From Nemertoderma westbladi (taxonomy: Eukaryota; Animalia; Xenacoelomorpha), in NCBI GenBank assembly GCA_032718475.1, contig JAUCBJ010006414.1, positions 1 to 64,000 on the forward strand: a stretch of DNA of 64,000 nt, given 5' to 3'. The notes beneath the pieces are model-generated. The model searched no databases. It was not told where the DNA came from and saw nothing but the letters and a program-made list of their open reading frames with translations. Below are positions 7,964 through 20,600 of this stretch, piece after piece (positions within the stretch are counted from its first letter, which is position 1; each line of letters begins with the position of its first letter). The position numbers were made by a program, and so were the translations under genes.

Positions 7964-10765
7964 ATGAATATGATTTTCTGGTTAATTTGCCTATGTTTAA
8001 TATTATGTTCTCTATGTTCAATACCTGGTCGGCAAGAGTGCAATTATAGCACTATACAGATGAGCAATGAATGCTGCCAAAGCAACTCGACTATAATTTG
8101 TTCATACAGTGACGGGCCATTACTTATTGCTTTGATTTCAATCAATGACACAACGGTATTAACAACAACTACAACAGATCTCGTGCTTTACGACATCAAT
8201 AATGATCCAGAAGATTTAAAACATGTTTGCAACGAATTCCCAAATCTTATATCATTGGTTGTACATCAATTGAATTTCTCCAATTCAAATCAATTCATGA
8301 ATATACTCCCCGACACATTTGAAGCTAATAGATTACTAGAAAGTCTACAAGTCCAATCTATTGAACTATACAATATACCATACCTCAGTCCCATGTTACC
8401 GTCATTGAAAATTATGCAACTGAATGATAACAAAATTACCTCTATTGACTTAAATCTTTTATTAAGCTTTCCTAATATGGAAATCCTAGATATAACTGGA
8501 AATTATTTGGAGTACATAGATATTCCGAATTCGACAGTAACTGAACATAAATTAAACAAACTTTATATGGAGGTTGACAGTCATATCGCAGTAATCACCC
8601 AATATATTATTGAAGATATTATTAATGCATTTCCAAATCTCAATTTTTTTGAGCTTCTAGGAATCCGAGAACCTTCTCCTTTCTTCAACTCCACTGAAAT
8701 AACAGGCAGTTTAAATTCTATACATCCTAATTGTAAAAGACAATATACTGTAAGGTTAAACGAATTTGACCTTGTTTCTATTGATATAAATAATACTTGC
8801 TACTGTTTATCAAAAATAAGGGGCGGATACACGAATATTACAAGAGAAACTGAAATTATTCCTTGTTTATCGAATACTTCCATTTTGGTTACAAGAGAAT
8901 GTAATGAAAAGACCAATTGGGAGGAAGTGTTCACTGGTGATGATAAATGCAATACAGACAAATCCATTAAATCCATTTTTGATATTAATGTTAATAATGA
9001 ATTTAATGAAACAAGTATTAAAGATGCTGTGAATTATATAGATTATCTAATAGATAATGGGAGGGTAGATGAAAAGTCATTTAAACGTTTTGTTGAGATA
9101 GCAAGCAGATTGGTAGCCCAAGAAAATAACAACATAATTGATGAAACCTTATTCCAAGGTGTTGGCCTAGTTAAATCATTAGAAAAGCTTTCTGTGACAC
9201 ACATTATTAATGGCACGAATAATCCTATAATTACAGATAATATTATAATATCTACGAACAAAGTAAACAAATATATTGTTGATGACGAATTCACTTTAGA
9301 TTACTCTATTGGTTTTATGAATAGCTTTGAAACAAATGATGCAATGCAAATGGAATTAAAATTTTCATGGAAAGGTCTTGAAGAGGACATGAAAAGAAAT
9401 GATTCTCTTATTGGTTTACTTCTCTACTACAATTCTATATTTTTCAAAGTCCCAAAAAAAGATCCTAATTCAATAAAACAAATATTAAATTCCCCAGTAT
9501 TGTCGATAAAATTTAAGAACTTTCGTATTTCAGATACTTTTAAAAAATATTCAGTACAATTTACTTTGCCTCACAGTAAAACAAATTACAATGACCCAAA
9601 GTGTGTGTTTTGGAATGATACAGCAGAGGACTGGTCACAATATGGATGCACACGTTTAGCCAGCGAATCAACCAATGATTATTCAGTATGTGAATGTAAT
9701 CATTTAACAAATTTTGCCGTTTTAATGGGTGGAAAAGAGACTACGAACGCTCAAGAAATATTAAGCATCATTGGATCGACATTATCAATCATAGGATTGA
9801 TTCTCTACATCGCTATATTCGCCTTTCATAAGAAATGGTTAAAAGAAATGTCTCAAAAACTGTATTTGCTCTTTTGCATATATTTGCTAATCTTTACCAT
9901 AATATTTATGGTTAATGGGATTATTGTTAAATATTTCAATGATTATTACAATCATAATTTATGCAGAGCTATGGGAATTCTTACTCATTACTCGCTGTTA
10001 GTTGTTTGGGGTTGGATGTGCGTATATTCTTACTTTCTTCTATTAAATATTGTGTTGGTCCCAGGTGAGATTGTTTGTACAGATAAGTTACTGTTGAGGC
10101 TAATTCGAGCACTCAGTGCCACACCACATCGATTTTTGCGGAAAGCTCACATTCCAGTTTTGATAATTCCAGCTTTAATTTGCTCATCAGTAATCTCTAT
10201 TTCTCCAGACAACTACAGAATAGATGCTGGAGGAAACCTATGCTGGATAACGAGGCCGACAATATATTGGTCGTTCATTGCTCCCATTGGTATCGCTATT
10301 ATCGTCAACATAGTTAGTTATAGTTTGGCTATTCGAGACATTTATAAGAAGAAAAACAAAACCAAAACGGTCCGCAGTTTAGTCACTACCTCGATTACTG
10401 GTTTTCTACTATTGGGTTTAACATGGATTTCAGGATTCTATGTTCTCGTTGCAGACGACAGCATTACATCGTCAATATTTACTTATACATTTATTATTTT
10501 GAACAGCGCCCAAGGTTTTCTCATCTTTGTTTTTCATTGTATCATAAGTAAGAAGATTCAAGATTTTCTGAGAATTTCACAAAGATTCAACAATATATAT
10601 CGTTCATGGAATGCTATGGATATTATGTGTTCTTGCACAAGTGGTTCGTACTCACTCTCAACACAACAACATGCCGCAGATGATATTATCATTGTCACTG
10701 GATACAAACGTCATGTGTGTGATGACAAAATAGAACTAAGTGTGCCATCCAGCTCTGCTTGCTGA
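7964..10765 (+). CDS. Adhesion G-protein-coupled receptor (class B2) with LRR, HormR-like and GAIN/GPS domains, 933 aa, single uninterrupted ORF
   Basis: Hydrophobic signal peptide (MIFWLICLCLILCSLCS). LRR-like units (LPSLKIMQLNDNKITSI, FPNMEILDITGNYLEYI, FPNLISLVV, FPNLNFFEL). HormR-like PC..TREC...NW...C. Canonical GPS KCVFWN..DWSQYGC..VCECNHL|TNFAVLM. Seven hydrophobic segments with secretin/adhesion motifs (CRAMGILTHY, LCWI, WSFIAP, LLGLTW, LNSAQGFLIFVFHC). Many NxS/T sites. Confidence 0.95.
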   Translation: MNMIFWLICLCLILCSLCSIPGRQECNYSTIQMSNECCQSNSTIICSYSDGPLLIALISINDTTVLTTTTTDLVLYDINNDPEDLKHVCNEFPNLISLVVHQLNFSNSNQFMNILPDTFEANRLLESLQVQSIELYNIPYLSPMLPSLKIMQLNDNKITSIDLNLLLSFPNMEILDITGNYLEYIDIPNSTVTEHKLNKLYMEVDSHIAVITQYIIEDIINAFPNLNFFELLGIREPSPFFNSTEITGSLNSIHPNCKRQYTVRLNEFDLVSIDINNTCYCLSKIRGGYTNITRETEIIPCLSNTSILVTRECNEKTNWEEVFTGDDKCNTDKSIKSIFDINVNNEFNETSIKDAVNYIDYLIDNGRVDEKSFKRFVEIASRLVAQENNNIIDETLFQGVGLVKSLEKLSVTHIINGTNNPIITDNIIISTNKVNKYIVDDEFTLDYSIGFMNSFETNDAMQMELKFSWKGLEEDMKRNDSLIGLLLYYNSIFFKVPKKDPNSIKQILNSPVLSIKFKNFRISDTFKKYSVQFTLPHSKTNYNDPKCVFWNDTAEDWSQYGCTRLASESTNDYSVCECNHLTNFAVLMGGKETTNAQEILSIIGSTLSIIGLILYIAIFAFHKKWLKEMSQKLYLLFCIYLLIFTIIFMVNGIIVKYFNDYYNHNLCRAMGILTHYSLLVVWGWMCVYSYFLLLNIVLVPGEIVCTDKLLLRLIRALSATPHRFLRKAHIPVLIIPALICSSVISISPDNYRIDAGGNLCWITRPTIYWSFIAPIGIAIIVNIVSYSLAIRDIYKKKNKTKTVRSLVTTSITGFLLLGLTWISGFYVLVADDSITSSIFTYTFIILNSAQGFLIFVFHCIISKKIQDFLRISQRFNNIYRSWNAMDIMCSCTSGSYSLSTQQHAADDIIIVTGYKRHVCDDKIELSVPSSSAC

Positions 10766-10951
10766 AGTTTCGGATGATGGTTACTTATTCTACAAACTGC
10801 GAGCAGCTGTTGTATGTAGTCAACCAAACCAGAACTAATGAAGAAAGATAAAATAAGTATAACTCATTGTGGGGCGAATCAGAACTGCGAGCTATCAGAG
10901 AACTGTTATAATTATACTATGGCCGTTTTCCAAAAGTCTATGTGTGTGTAT

Positions 10952-10989
10952 GTCGGAAGCCATAATTGTCGGAAGCCATAAGATCGGAA
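10952..10989. repeat. Short 16-bp tandem duplication (TGTCGGAAGCCATAAT) x2 plus a partial copy
   Basis: TGTCGGAAGCCATAAT TGTCGGAAGCCATAAG ATCGGAA is visible downstream of the GPCR stop. Confidence 0.6.
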
Positions 10990-11584
10990 TATATAACGAG
11001 AGAAAGCCGCTCCAATATTCGATTAACAATAACAATTGCATAGGGTAAGGAAGTGGAGGATAGCAGGACTTACAATTTATAGTTTATATTACACACGATC
11101 AATTTTCACTCGTCATGAACCCAACATGTATGTTACCTTATATTAAATTTGTTGGCTATGCGTTTGCGGCTGTTTGGGCGGGGTGTGGTACCCTTTTCAC
11201 ACTGAAACATTTTGGTTGTGAAATGTTACTGCAATCAGATATATTTCATTATTATATTTTATTATGAGAGGAAGAAAAACATAGAACGTTATTTAATGTA
11301 TGTAACGAAATAATTGTTTTGTTGTTTAACGTGGACTCCTCCCCAAATATTTGATATTTTATTATATTTAAAAAATTTATTTCCATAGTCATAGTCATGG
11401 TCATTCATACATCTTTAGTTAGAATTTTGTTTGCATGAAAGATAGTTTAGAGTTCTAAATCACCGATTATTATCTCTTATCTGACTGGAGTAATAATATA
11501 GGATAGGATAAATGGAAGCAAAGTGTGACAGTAACAAATATTTCCCTGACAACCTAGCATGTCTTAAGTATATGATATCTCAAA

Positions 11585-11633
11585 GGGGGAAGTTTGGATT
11601 CACTGCAAAAATGCAGTTCACCAAACTTCCCCC
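11585..11633. other. Hairpin/inverted repeat at the satellite junction
   Basis: GGGGGAAGTTTGG-ATTC-ACTGCA [AAAA] TGCAGT-TCA-CCAAACTTCCCCC: 13-bp and 6-bp perfect stems separated by a small internal loop. The right arm is the first satellite monomer. Confidence 0.9.
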
Positions 11634-14600
11634 GAATGCACACTGTCACATAAATGCAGTTCACCAAACTTCCCCCTAATGCACACTGTCACATAAATGC
11701 AGTTCACCAAACTTCCCCCTAATGCACACTGTCACATAAATGCAGTTCACCAAACTTCCCCCGAATGCACACTGTCACATAAATGCAGTTCACCAAACTT
11801 CCCCCTAATGCACACTGTCACATAAATGCAGTTCACCAAACTTCCCCCTAATGCACACTGTCACATAAATGCAGTTCACCAAACTTCCCCCTAATGCACA
11901 CTGTCACATAAATGCAGTTCACCAAACTTCCCCCTAATGCACACTGTCACATAAATGCAGTTCACCAAACTTACCCCGAATGCACACTGTCACATAAATG
12001 CAGTTCACCAAACTTCTCCCGAATGCACACTGTCACATAAACGCAGTTCACCAAACTTCCCCCGAATGCACACTGTCACATAGATGCAGTTCACCAAACT
12101 TCCCCCTAATGCACACTGTCACATAAATGCAGTTCACCAAACTTCCCCCTAATGCACACTGTCACATAAATGCAGTTCACCAAACTTCCCCCGAATGCAC
12201 ACTGTCACATAAATGCAGTTCAACAAACTTCACCCGATTGCACACAGTCACATAAATGCAGTTCACCAAACTTCCCCCGAATGCACACTGTCACATAAAT
12301 TCAGTTCACCAAACTTCTCCCGGATGCACACTGTCACATAAATGCAGTTCACCAAACTTCTCCAGAATGCACACTATCACATAAATGCAGTTCACCAAAC
12401 TTCCCCCGAATGCACACTGTCACATAAATTCAGTTCACCAAACTTCTCCCGAATGCACACTGTCAAATAAATGCAGTTCACCAAACTTCTCCCGAATGCA
12501 CACTATCACATAAATGCAGTTCACCAAACTTCCCCCGAATGCACACTGTCACATAAATTCAGTTCACCAAACTTCTCCCGGATGCACACTGTCACATAAA
12601 TGCAGTTCACCAAACTTCTCCCGAATGCACACTATCACATAAATACAGTTCACCAAACTTCCCCCGAATGCACACTGTCACATAAATGCAGTTCACCAAA
12701 CTTCCCCCGAATGCACATTATCACATAAATGCAGTTCACCAAACTTCCCCCGAATGCACATTATCACATAAATGCAGTTCACCAAACTTCCCCCGAATGC
12801 ACACTGTCACATAAATGCAGTTCACCAAACTTCCCCCGAATGCACACTGTCACATAAATGCAGTTCACCAAACTTCCCCCGAATGCACATTATCACATAA
12901 ATGCAGTTCACCAAACTTCCCCCGAATGCACACTGTCACATAAATTCAGTTCACCAAACTTCTCCCGGATGCACACTGTCACATAAATGCAGCTCAACAA
13001 ACTTCCCCCTAATGCACACTGTCACATAAATTCAATTCACCAAACTTCTCCCGATTGCACACTGTCACATAAATGCAGTTCAACAAACTTCACCAGAATA
13101 CACACTGTCACATAAATGCAGTTCACCAAACTTCTCCCGATTGCACACTGTCACATAAATGCAGTTCAACAAACTTCTCCCGGATGCACACTGTCACATA
13201 AATGCAGTTCACCAAACTTCCCCCGAATCCACACTGTCACATAAATGCAGTTCAACAAACTTCACCCGAATACACACTGTCACATAAATGCAGTTCACCA
13301 AACTTCTCCCGATTGCACACTGTCACATAAATGCAGTTCAACAAACTTCTCCCGGATGCACACTGTCACATAAATGCAGTTCACCAAACTTCCCCCGAAT
13401 ACACACTGTCACATAAATGCAGTTCACCAAACTTCTCCCGAATGCACACTGTCACATAAATGCAGTTCAACAAACTTCACCCGAATACACACTGTCACAT
13501 AAATGCAGTTCACCAAACTTCTCCCGATTGCACACTGTCACATAAATGCAGTTCAACAAACTTCTCCCGGATGCACACTGTCACATAAATGCAGTTCACC
13601 AAACTTCCCCCGAATACACACTGTCACATAAATGCAGTTCAACAAACTTCCCCCGAATGCACACTGTCACATAAATGCAGTTCACCAAACTTCCCCCGAA
13701 TGCACATTATCACATAAATGCAGTTCACCAAACTTCCCCCGAATGCACATTATCACATAAATGCAGTTCACCAAACTTCCCCCGAATGCACACTGTCACA
13801 TAAATGCAGTTCACCAAACTTCCCTCGAATGCACACTGTCACATAAATGCAGTTCACCAAACTTCCCCCAATGCACATTATCACATAAATGCAGTTCACC
13901 AAACTTCCCCCTAATGCACACTGTCACATAAATTCAGTTCACCAAACTTCTCCCGATTGCACACTGTCACATAAATGCAGTTCAACAAACTTCTCCCGGA
14001 TGCACACTGTCACATAAATGCAGTTCACCAAACTTCCCCCGAATACACACTGTCACATAAATGCAGTTCAACAAACTTCTCCCGAATGCACACTGTCACA
14101 TAAATGCAGTTCACCAAACTTCACCCGAATACACACTGTCACATAAATGCAGTTCACCAAACTTCCCCGAATACACGCTGTCACATAAATGCAGTTCACC
14201 AAACTTCCCCCGAATACACACTGTCACATAAATGCAGTTCAACAAACTTCTCCCGAATGCACACTGTCACATAAATGCAGTTCACCAAACTTCACCCGAA
14301 TACACACTGTCACATAAATGCAGTTCACCAAACTTCCCCGAATACACACTGTCACATAAATGCAGTTCACCAAACTTCCCCCGAATACACACTGTCACAT
14401 AAATGCAGTTCAACAAACTTCTCCCGAATGCACACTGTCACATAAATGCAGTTCACCAAACTTCACCCGAATACACACTGTCACATAAATGCAGTTCACC
14501 AAACTTCCCCGAATACACACTGTCACATAAATGCAGTTCACCAAACTTCCCCCGAATACACACTGTCACATAAATGCAGTTCAACAAACTTCACCCGAAT

Positions 14601-17600
14601 ACACACTGTCACATAAATGCAGTTCACCAAACTTCCCCGAATACACACTGTCACATAAATGCAGTTCACCAAACTTCCCCCGAATACACACTGTCACATA
14701 AATGCAGTTCAACAAACTTCTCCCGATTGCACACTGTCACATAAATGCAGTTCAACAAACTTCACCCGAATACACACTGTCACATAAATGCAGTTCACCA
14801 AACTTCCCCCGAATACATACTGTCACATAAATGCAGTTTACCAAACTTCCCCCGAATACACACTGTCACATAAATGCAGTTCACCAAACTTCCCCCGAAT
14901 ACACACTGTCACATAAATGCAGTTCAACAAACTTCTCCCGATTGCACACTGTCACATAAATGCAGTTCAACAAACTTCCCCCGATTACATACTGTCACAT
15001 AAATGCAGTTTACCAAACTTCCCCCGAATCCACACTGTCACATAAATGCAGTTCAACAAACTTCCCCCGAATACATACTGTCACATAAATGCAGTTTACC
15101 AAACTTCACCCGAATACACACTGTCACATAAATGCAGTTCACCAAACTTCCCCCGAATACATACTGTCACATAAATGCAGTTTACCAAACTTCCCCCGAA
15201 TCCACACTGTCACATAAATGCAGTTCACCAAACTTCTCCCGATTGCACACTGTCACATAAATGCAGTTCAACAAATACATACTGTCACATAAATGCAGTT
15301 TACCAAACTTCCCCCGAATCCACACTGTCACATAAATGCAGTTCAACAAACTTCCCCCGAATACATACTGTCACATAAATGCAGTTTACCAAACTTCACC
15401 CGAATACACACTGTCACATAAATGCAGTTCACCAAACTTCCCCCGAATACATACTGTCACATAAATGCAGTTTACCAAACTTCCCCCGAATCCACACTGT
15501 CACATAAATGCAGTTCACCAAACTTCCCCCGAATACACACTGTCACATAAATGCAGTTCACCAAACTTCCCCCGAATACATACTGTCACATAAATGCAGT
15601 TTACCAAACTTCCCCCGAATCCACACTGTCACATAAATGCAGTTCACCAAACTTCCCCCGAATACACACTGTCACATAAATGCAGTTCACCAAACTTCCC
15701 CCGAATGCGCACTGTCACATAAATGCAGTTCACCAAACTTCCCCCGAATGCACATTATCACATAAATGCAGTTCACCAAACTTCCCCCGAATGCACATTA
15801 TCACATAAATGCAGTTCACCAAACTTCCCCCGAATGCACACTGTCACATAAATGCAGTTCACCAAACATCCCCCGAATACACACTGTCACATAAATGCAG
15901 TTCACCAAACTTCCCCCGAATGCACACTGTCACATAAATGCAGTTCACCAAACTTCCCCCGAATGCACATTATCACATAAATGCAGTTCACCAAACTTCC
16001 CCCGAATGCACATTATCACATAAATGCAGTTCACCAAACTTCCCCCGAATGCACACTGTCACATAAATGCAGTTCAACAAACTTCTCCCGATTGCACACT
16101 GTCACATAAATGCAGTTCAACAAACTTCCCCCGATTACATACTGTCACATAAATGCAGTTTACCAAACTTCCCCCGAATCCACACTGTCACATAAATGCA
16201 GTTCAACAAACTTCCCCCGAATACATACTGTCACATAAATGCAGTTTACCAAACTTCACCCGAATACACACTGTCACATAAATGCAGTTCACCAAACTTC
16301 CCCCGAATACATACTGTCACATAAATGCAGTTTACCAAACTTCCCCCGAATCCACACTGTCACATAAATGCAGTTCACCAAACTTCTCCCGATTGCACAC
16401 TGTCACATAAATGCAGTTCAACAAATACATACTGTCACATAAATGCAGTTTACCAAACTTCCCCCGAATCCACACTGTCACATAAATGCAGTTCAACAAA
16501 CTTCCCCCGAATACACACTGTCACATAAATGCAGTTCAACAAACTTCTCCCGAATACACACTGTCACATAAATGCAGTTTACCAAACTTCACCCGAATAC
16601 ACACTGTCACATAAATGCAGTTCACCAAACTTCCCCCGAATACATACTGTCACATAAATGCAGTTTACCAAACTTCCCCCGAATCCACACTGTCACATAA
16701 ATGCAGTTCACCAAACTTCCCCCGAATACACACTGTCACATAAATGCAGTTCACCAAACTTCCCCCGAATACATACTGTCACATAAATGCAGTTTACCAA
16801 ACTTCCCCCGAATCCACACTGTCACATAAATGCAGTTCACCAAACTTCCCCCGAATACACACTGTCACATAAATGCAGTTCACCAAACTTCCCCCGAATG
16901 CACACTGTCACATAAATGCAGTTCACCAAACTTCCCCCGAATGCACATTATCACATAAATGCAGTTCACCAAACTTCCCCCGAATGCACATTATCACATA
17001 AATGCAGTTCACCAAACTTCCCCCGAATGCACACTGTCACATAAATGCAGTTCACCAAACTTCCCCCGAATGCACACTGTCACATAAATGCAGTTCACCA
17101 AACTTCCCCCGAATGCACATTATCACATAAATGCAGTTCACCAAACTTCCCCCGAATGCACACTGTCACATAAATTCAGTTCACCAAACTTCTCCCGGAT
17201 GCACACTGTCACATAAATGCAGCTCAACAAACTTCCCCCTAATGCACACTGTCACATAAATTCAATTCACCAAACTTCTCCCGATTGCACACTGTCACAT
17301 AAATGCAGTTCAACAAACTTCACCCGAATACACACTGTCACATAAATGCAGTTCACCAAAGTTCTCCCGATTGCACACTGTCACATAAATGCAGTTCAAC
17401 AAACTTCTCCCGAATGCACACTGTCACATAAATGCAGTTCACCAAACTTCCCCCGAATACACACTGTCACATAAATGCAGTTCAACAAACTTCCCCCGAA
17501 TACACACTGTCACATAAATGCAGTTCAACAAACTTCTCCCGGATGCACACTGTCACATAAATGCAGTTCACCAAACTTCCCCCGAATACACACTGTCACA

Positions 17601-20600
17601 TAAATGCAGTTCACCAAACTTCTCCCGAATGCACACTGTCACATAAATGCAGTTCAACAAACTTCACCCGAATACACACTGTCAAATAAATGCAGTTCAC
17701 CAAACTTCTCCCGATTGCACACTGTCACATAAATGCAGTTCAACAAACTTCTCCCGGATGCACACTGTCACATAAATGCAGTTCACCAAACTTCCCCCGA
17801 ATACACACTGTCACATAAATGCAGTTCAACAAACTTCCCCCGAATGCACACTGTCACATAAATGCAGTTCACCAAACTTCCCCCGAATGCACATTATCAC
17901 ATAAATGCAGTTCACCAAACTTCCCCCGAATGCACATTATCACATAAATGCAGTTCACTAAACTTCCCCCGAATGCACACTGTCACATAAATGCAGTTCA
18001 CCAAACTTCCCTCGAATGCACACTGTCACATAAATGCAGTTCACCAAACTTCCCCCGAATGCACATTATCACATATATGCAGTTCACCAAACTTCCCCCT
18101 AATGCACACTGTCACATAAATTCAGTTCACCAAACTTCTCCCGATTGCACACTGTCACATAAATGCAGTTCAACAAACTTCTCCCGGATGCACACTGTCA
18201 CATAAATGCAGTTCACCAAACTTCCCCCGAATACACACTGTCACATAAATGCAGTTCAACAAACTTCTCCCGAATGCACACTGTCACATAAATGCAGTTC
18301 ACCAAACTTCACCCGAATACACACTGTCACATAAATGCAGTTCACCAAACTTCCCCGAATACACACTGTCACATTAATGCAGTTCACCAAACTTCCCCCG
18401 AATACACACTGTCACATAAATGCAGTTCAACAAACTTCTCCCGAATGCACACTGTCACATAAATGCAGTTCACCAAACTTCACCCGAATACACACTGTCA
18501 CATAAATGCAGTTCACCAAACTTCCCCGAATACACACTGTCACATAAATGCAGTTCACCAAACTTCCCCCGAATACATACTGTCACATAAATGCAGTTCA
18601 ACAAACTTCTCCCGAATGCACACTGTCACATAAATGCAGTTCACCAAACTTCACCCGAATACACACTGTCACATAAATGCAGTTCACCAAACTTCCCCGA
18701 ATACACACTGTCACATAAATGCAGTTCAACAAACTTCTCCCGAATACACACTGTCACATAAATGCAGTTCAACAAACTTCTCCCGAATACACACTGTCAC
18801 ATAAATGCAGTTCACCAAACTTCTCCCGGATACACACTGTCACATAAATGCAGTTCACCAAACTTCTCCCGAATACACACTGTCACATAAAGGCAGTTCA
18901 ACAAACTTCTCCCGAATACACACTGTCACATAAAGGCAGTTCAACAAACTTCTCCCGAATACACACTGTTACATAAATGCAGTTCAACAAACGTCTCCCG
19001 AATACACACTATCACATAAATGCAGTTCACCAAACTTCTCCCGAATACACACTGTCACATAAATGCAGTTCACCAAACTTCTCAACTTCTCCCGAATACA
19101 CACTGTCACATAAATGCAGTTCACCAAACTTCTCCCAAATACACACTGTCACATAAATGCAGTTCACCAAACTTCTCCCGAATGCACACTGTCACATAAA
19201 TGCAGTTCACCAAACTTCTCCCGAATACACACTGTCACATAAATGCAGTTCAACAAACTTCTCCCGAATACACACTGTCACATAAATGCAGTTCACCAAA
19301 CTTCTCCCGAATACACACTGTCACATAAATGCAGTTCACCAAACTTCTCCCGAATGCACACTGTCACATAAATGCAGTTCACCAAACTTCTCCCGAATAC
19401 ACACTGTCACATAAATGCAGTTCAACAAACTTCTCCCGATTACACACTATCACATAAATGCAGTTCAACAAACTTCTCCCGAATACACACTGTCACATAA
19501 TAATGCAGTTCAACAAACTTCTCCCGAATACACACTGTCACATAAATGCAGTTCACCAAACTTCTCCCGATTACACACTGTCACATAAATGCAGTTCACC
19601 AAACTTCTCCCGATTACACACTGTCACATAAATGCAGTTCACCAAACTTCTCCCGAATACACACTGTCACATAAATGCAGTTCACCAAACTTCTCCCGAT
19701 TACACACTGTCACATAAATGCAGTTCACCAAACTTCTCCCGATTACACACTGTCACATAAATGCAGTTCACCAAACTTCTCCCGAATACACACTGTCACA
19801 TAATAATGTAGTTCAACAAACTTCTCCCGGATACACACTGTCACATAAATGCAGTTCACCAAACTTCTCCCAAATACACACTGTCACATAAATGCAGTTC
19901 ACCAAACTTCTCCCGAATGCACACTGTCACATAAATGCAGTTCACCAAACTTCTCCCGAATACACACTGTCACATAAATGCAGTTCAACAAACTTCTCCC
20001 GATTACACACTGTCACATAAATGCAGTTCACCAAACTTCTCCCGAATACACACTGTCACATAAATGCAGTTCATCAAACTTCTCCCGAATACACACTGTC
20101 ACATAAATGCAGTTCAACAAACTTCTCCCGAATACACACTGTCACATAAATGCAGTTCAACAAACTTCTCCCGAATACACACTGTCTCATAAATGCAGTT
20201 CAACAAACTTCACCCGAATACACACTGTCACATAAATGCAGTTCACCAAACTTCTCCCGAATACACACTGTCACATAAATGCAGTTCAACAAACTTCTCC
20301 CGAATGCACACTGTCACATAAATGCAGTTCAACAAACTTCTCCCGAATACACACTGTCTCATAAATGCAGTTCAACAAACTTCTCCCGAATACACACTGT
20401 CACATAAATGCAGTTCACCAAACTTCTCCCGATTACACACTGTCACATAAATGCAGTTCACCAAACTTCTCCCGATTACACACTGTCACATAAATGCAGT
20501 TCACCAAACTTCTCCCGAATACACACTGTCACATAATAATGTAGTTCAACAAACTTCTCCCGGATACACACTGTCACATAAATGCAGTTCATCAAACTTC

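Noticed and set aside
9043-9294. 83-aa antisense ORF within the aGPCR, and other short ORFs at 990-2155, 5113-5373 and 6545-6754
   Set aside because: Short, without recognisable motifs, and lying antisense to a real gene or within AT-rich/TE/repeat DNA.
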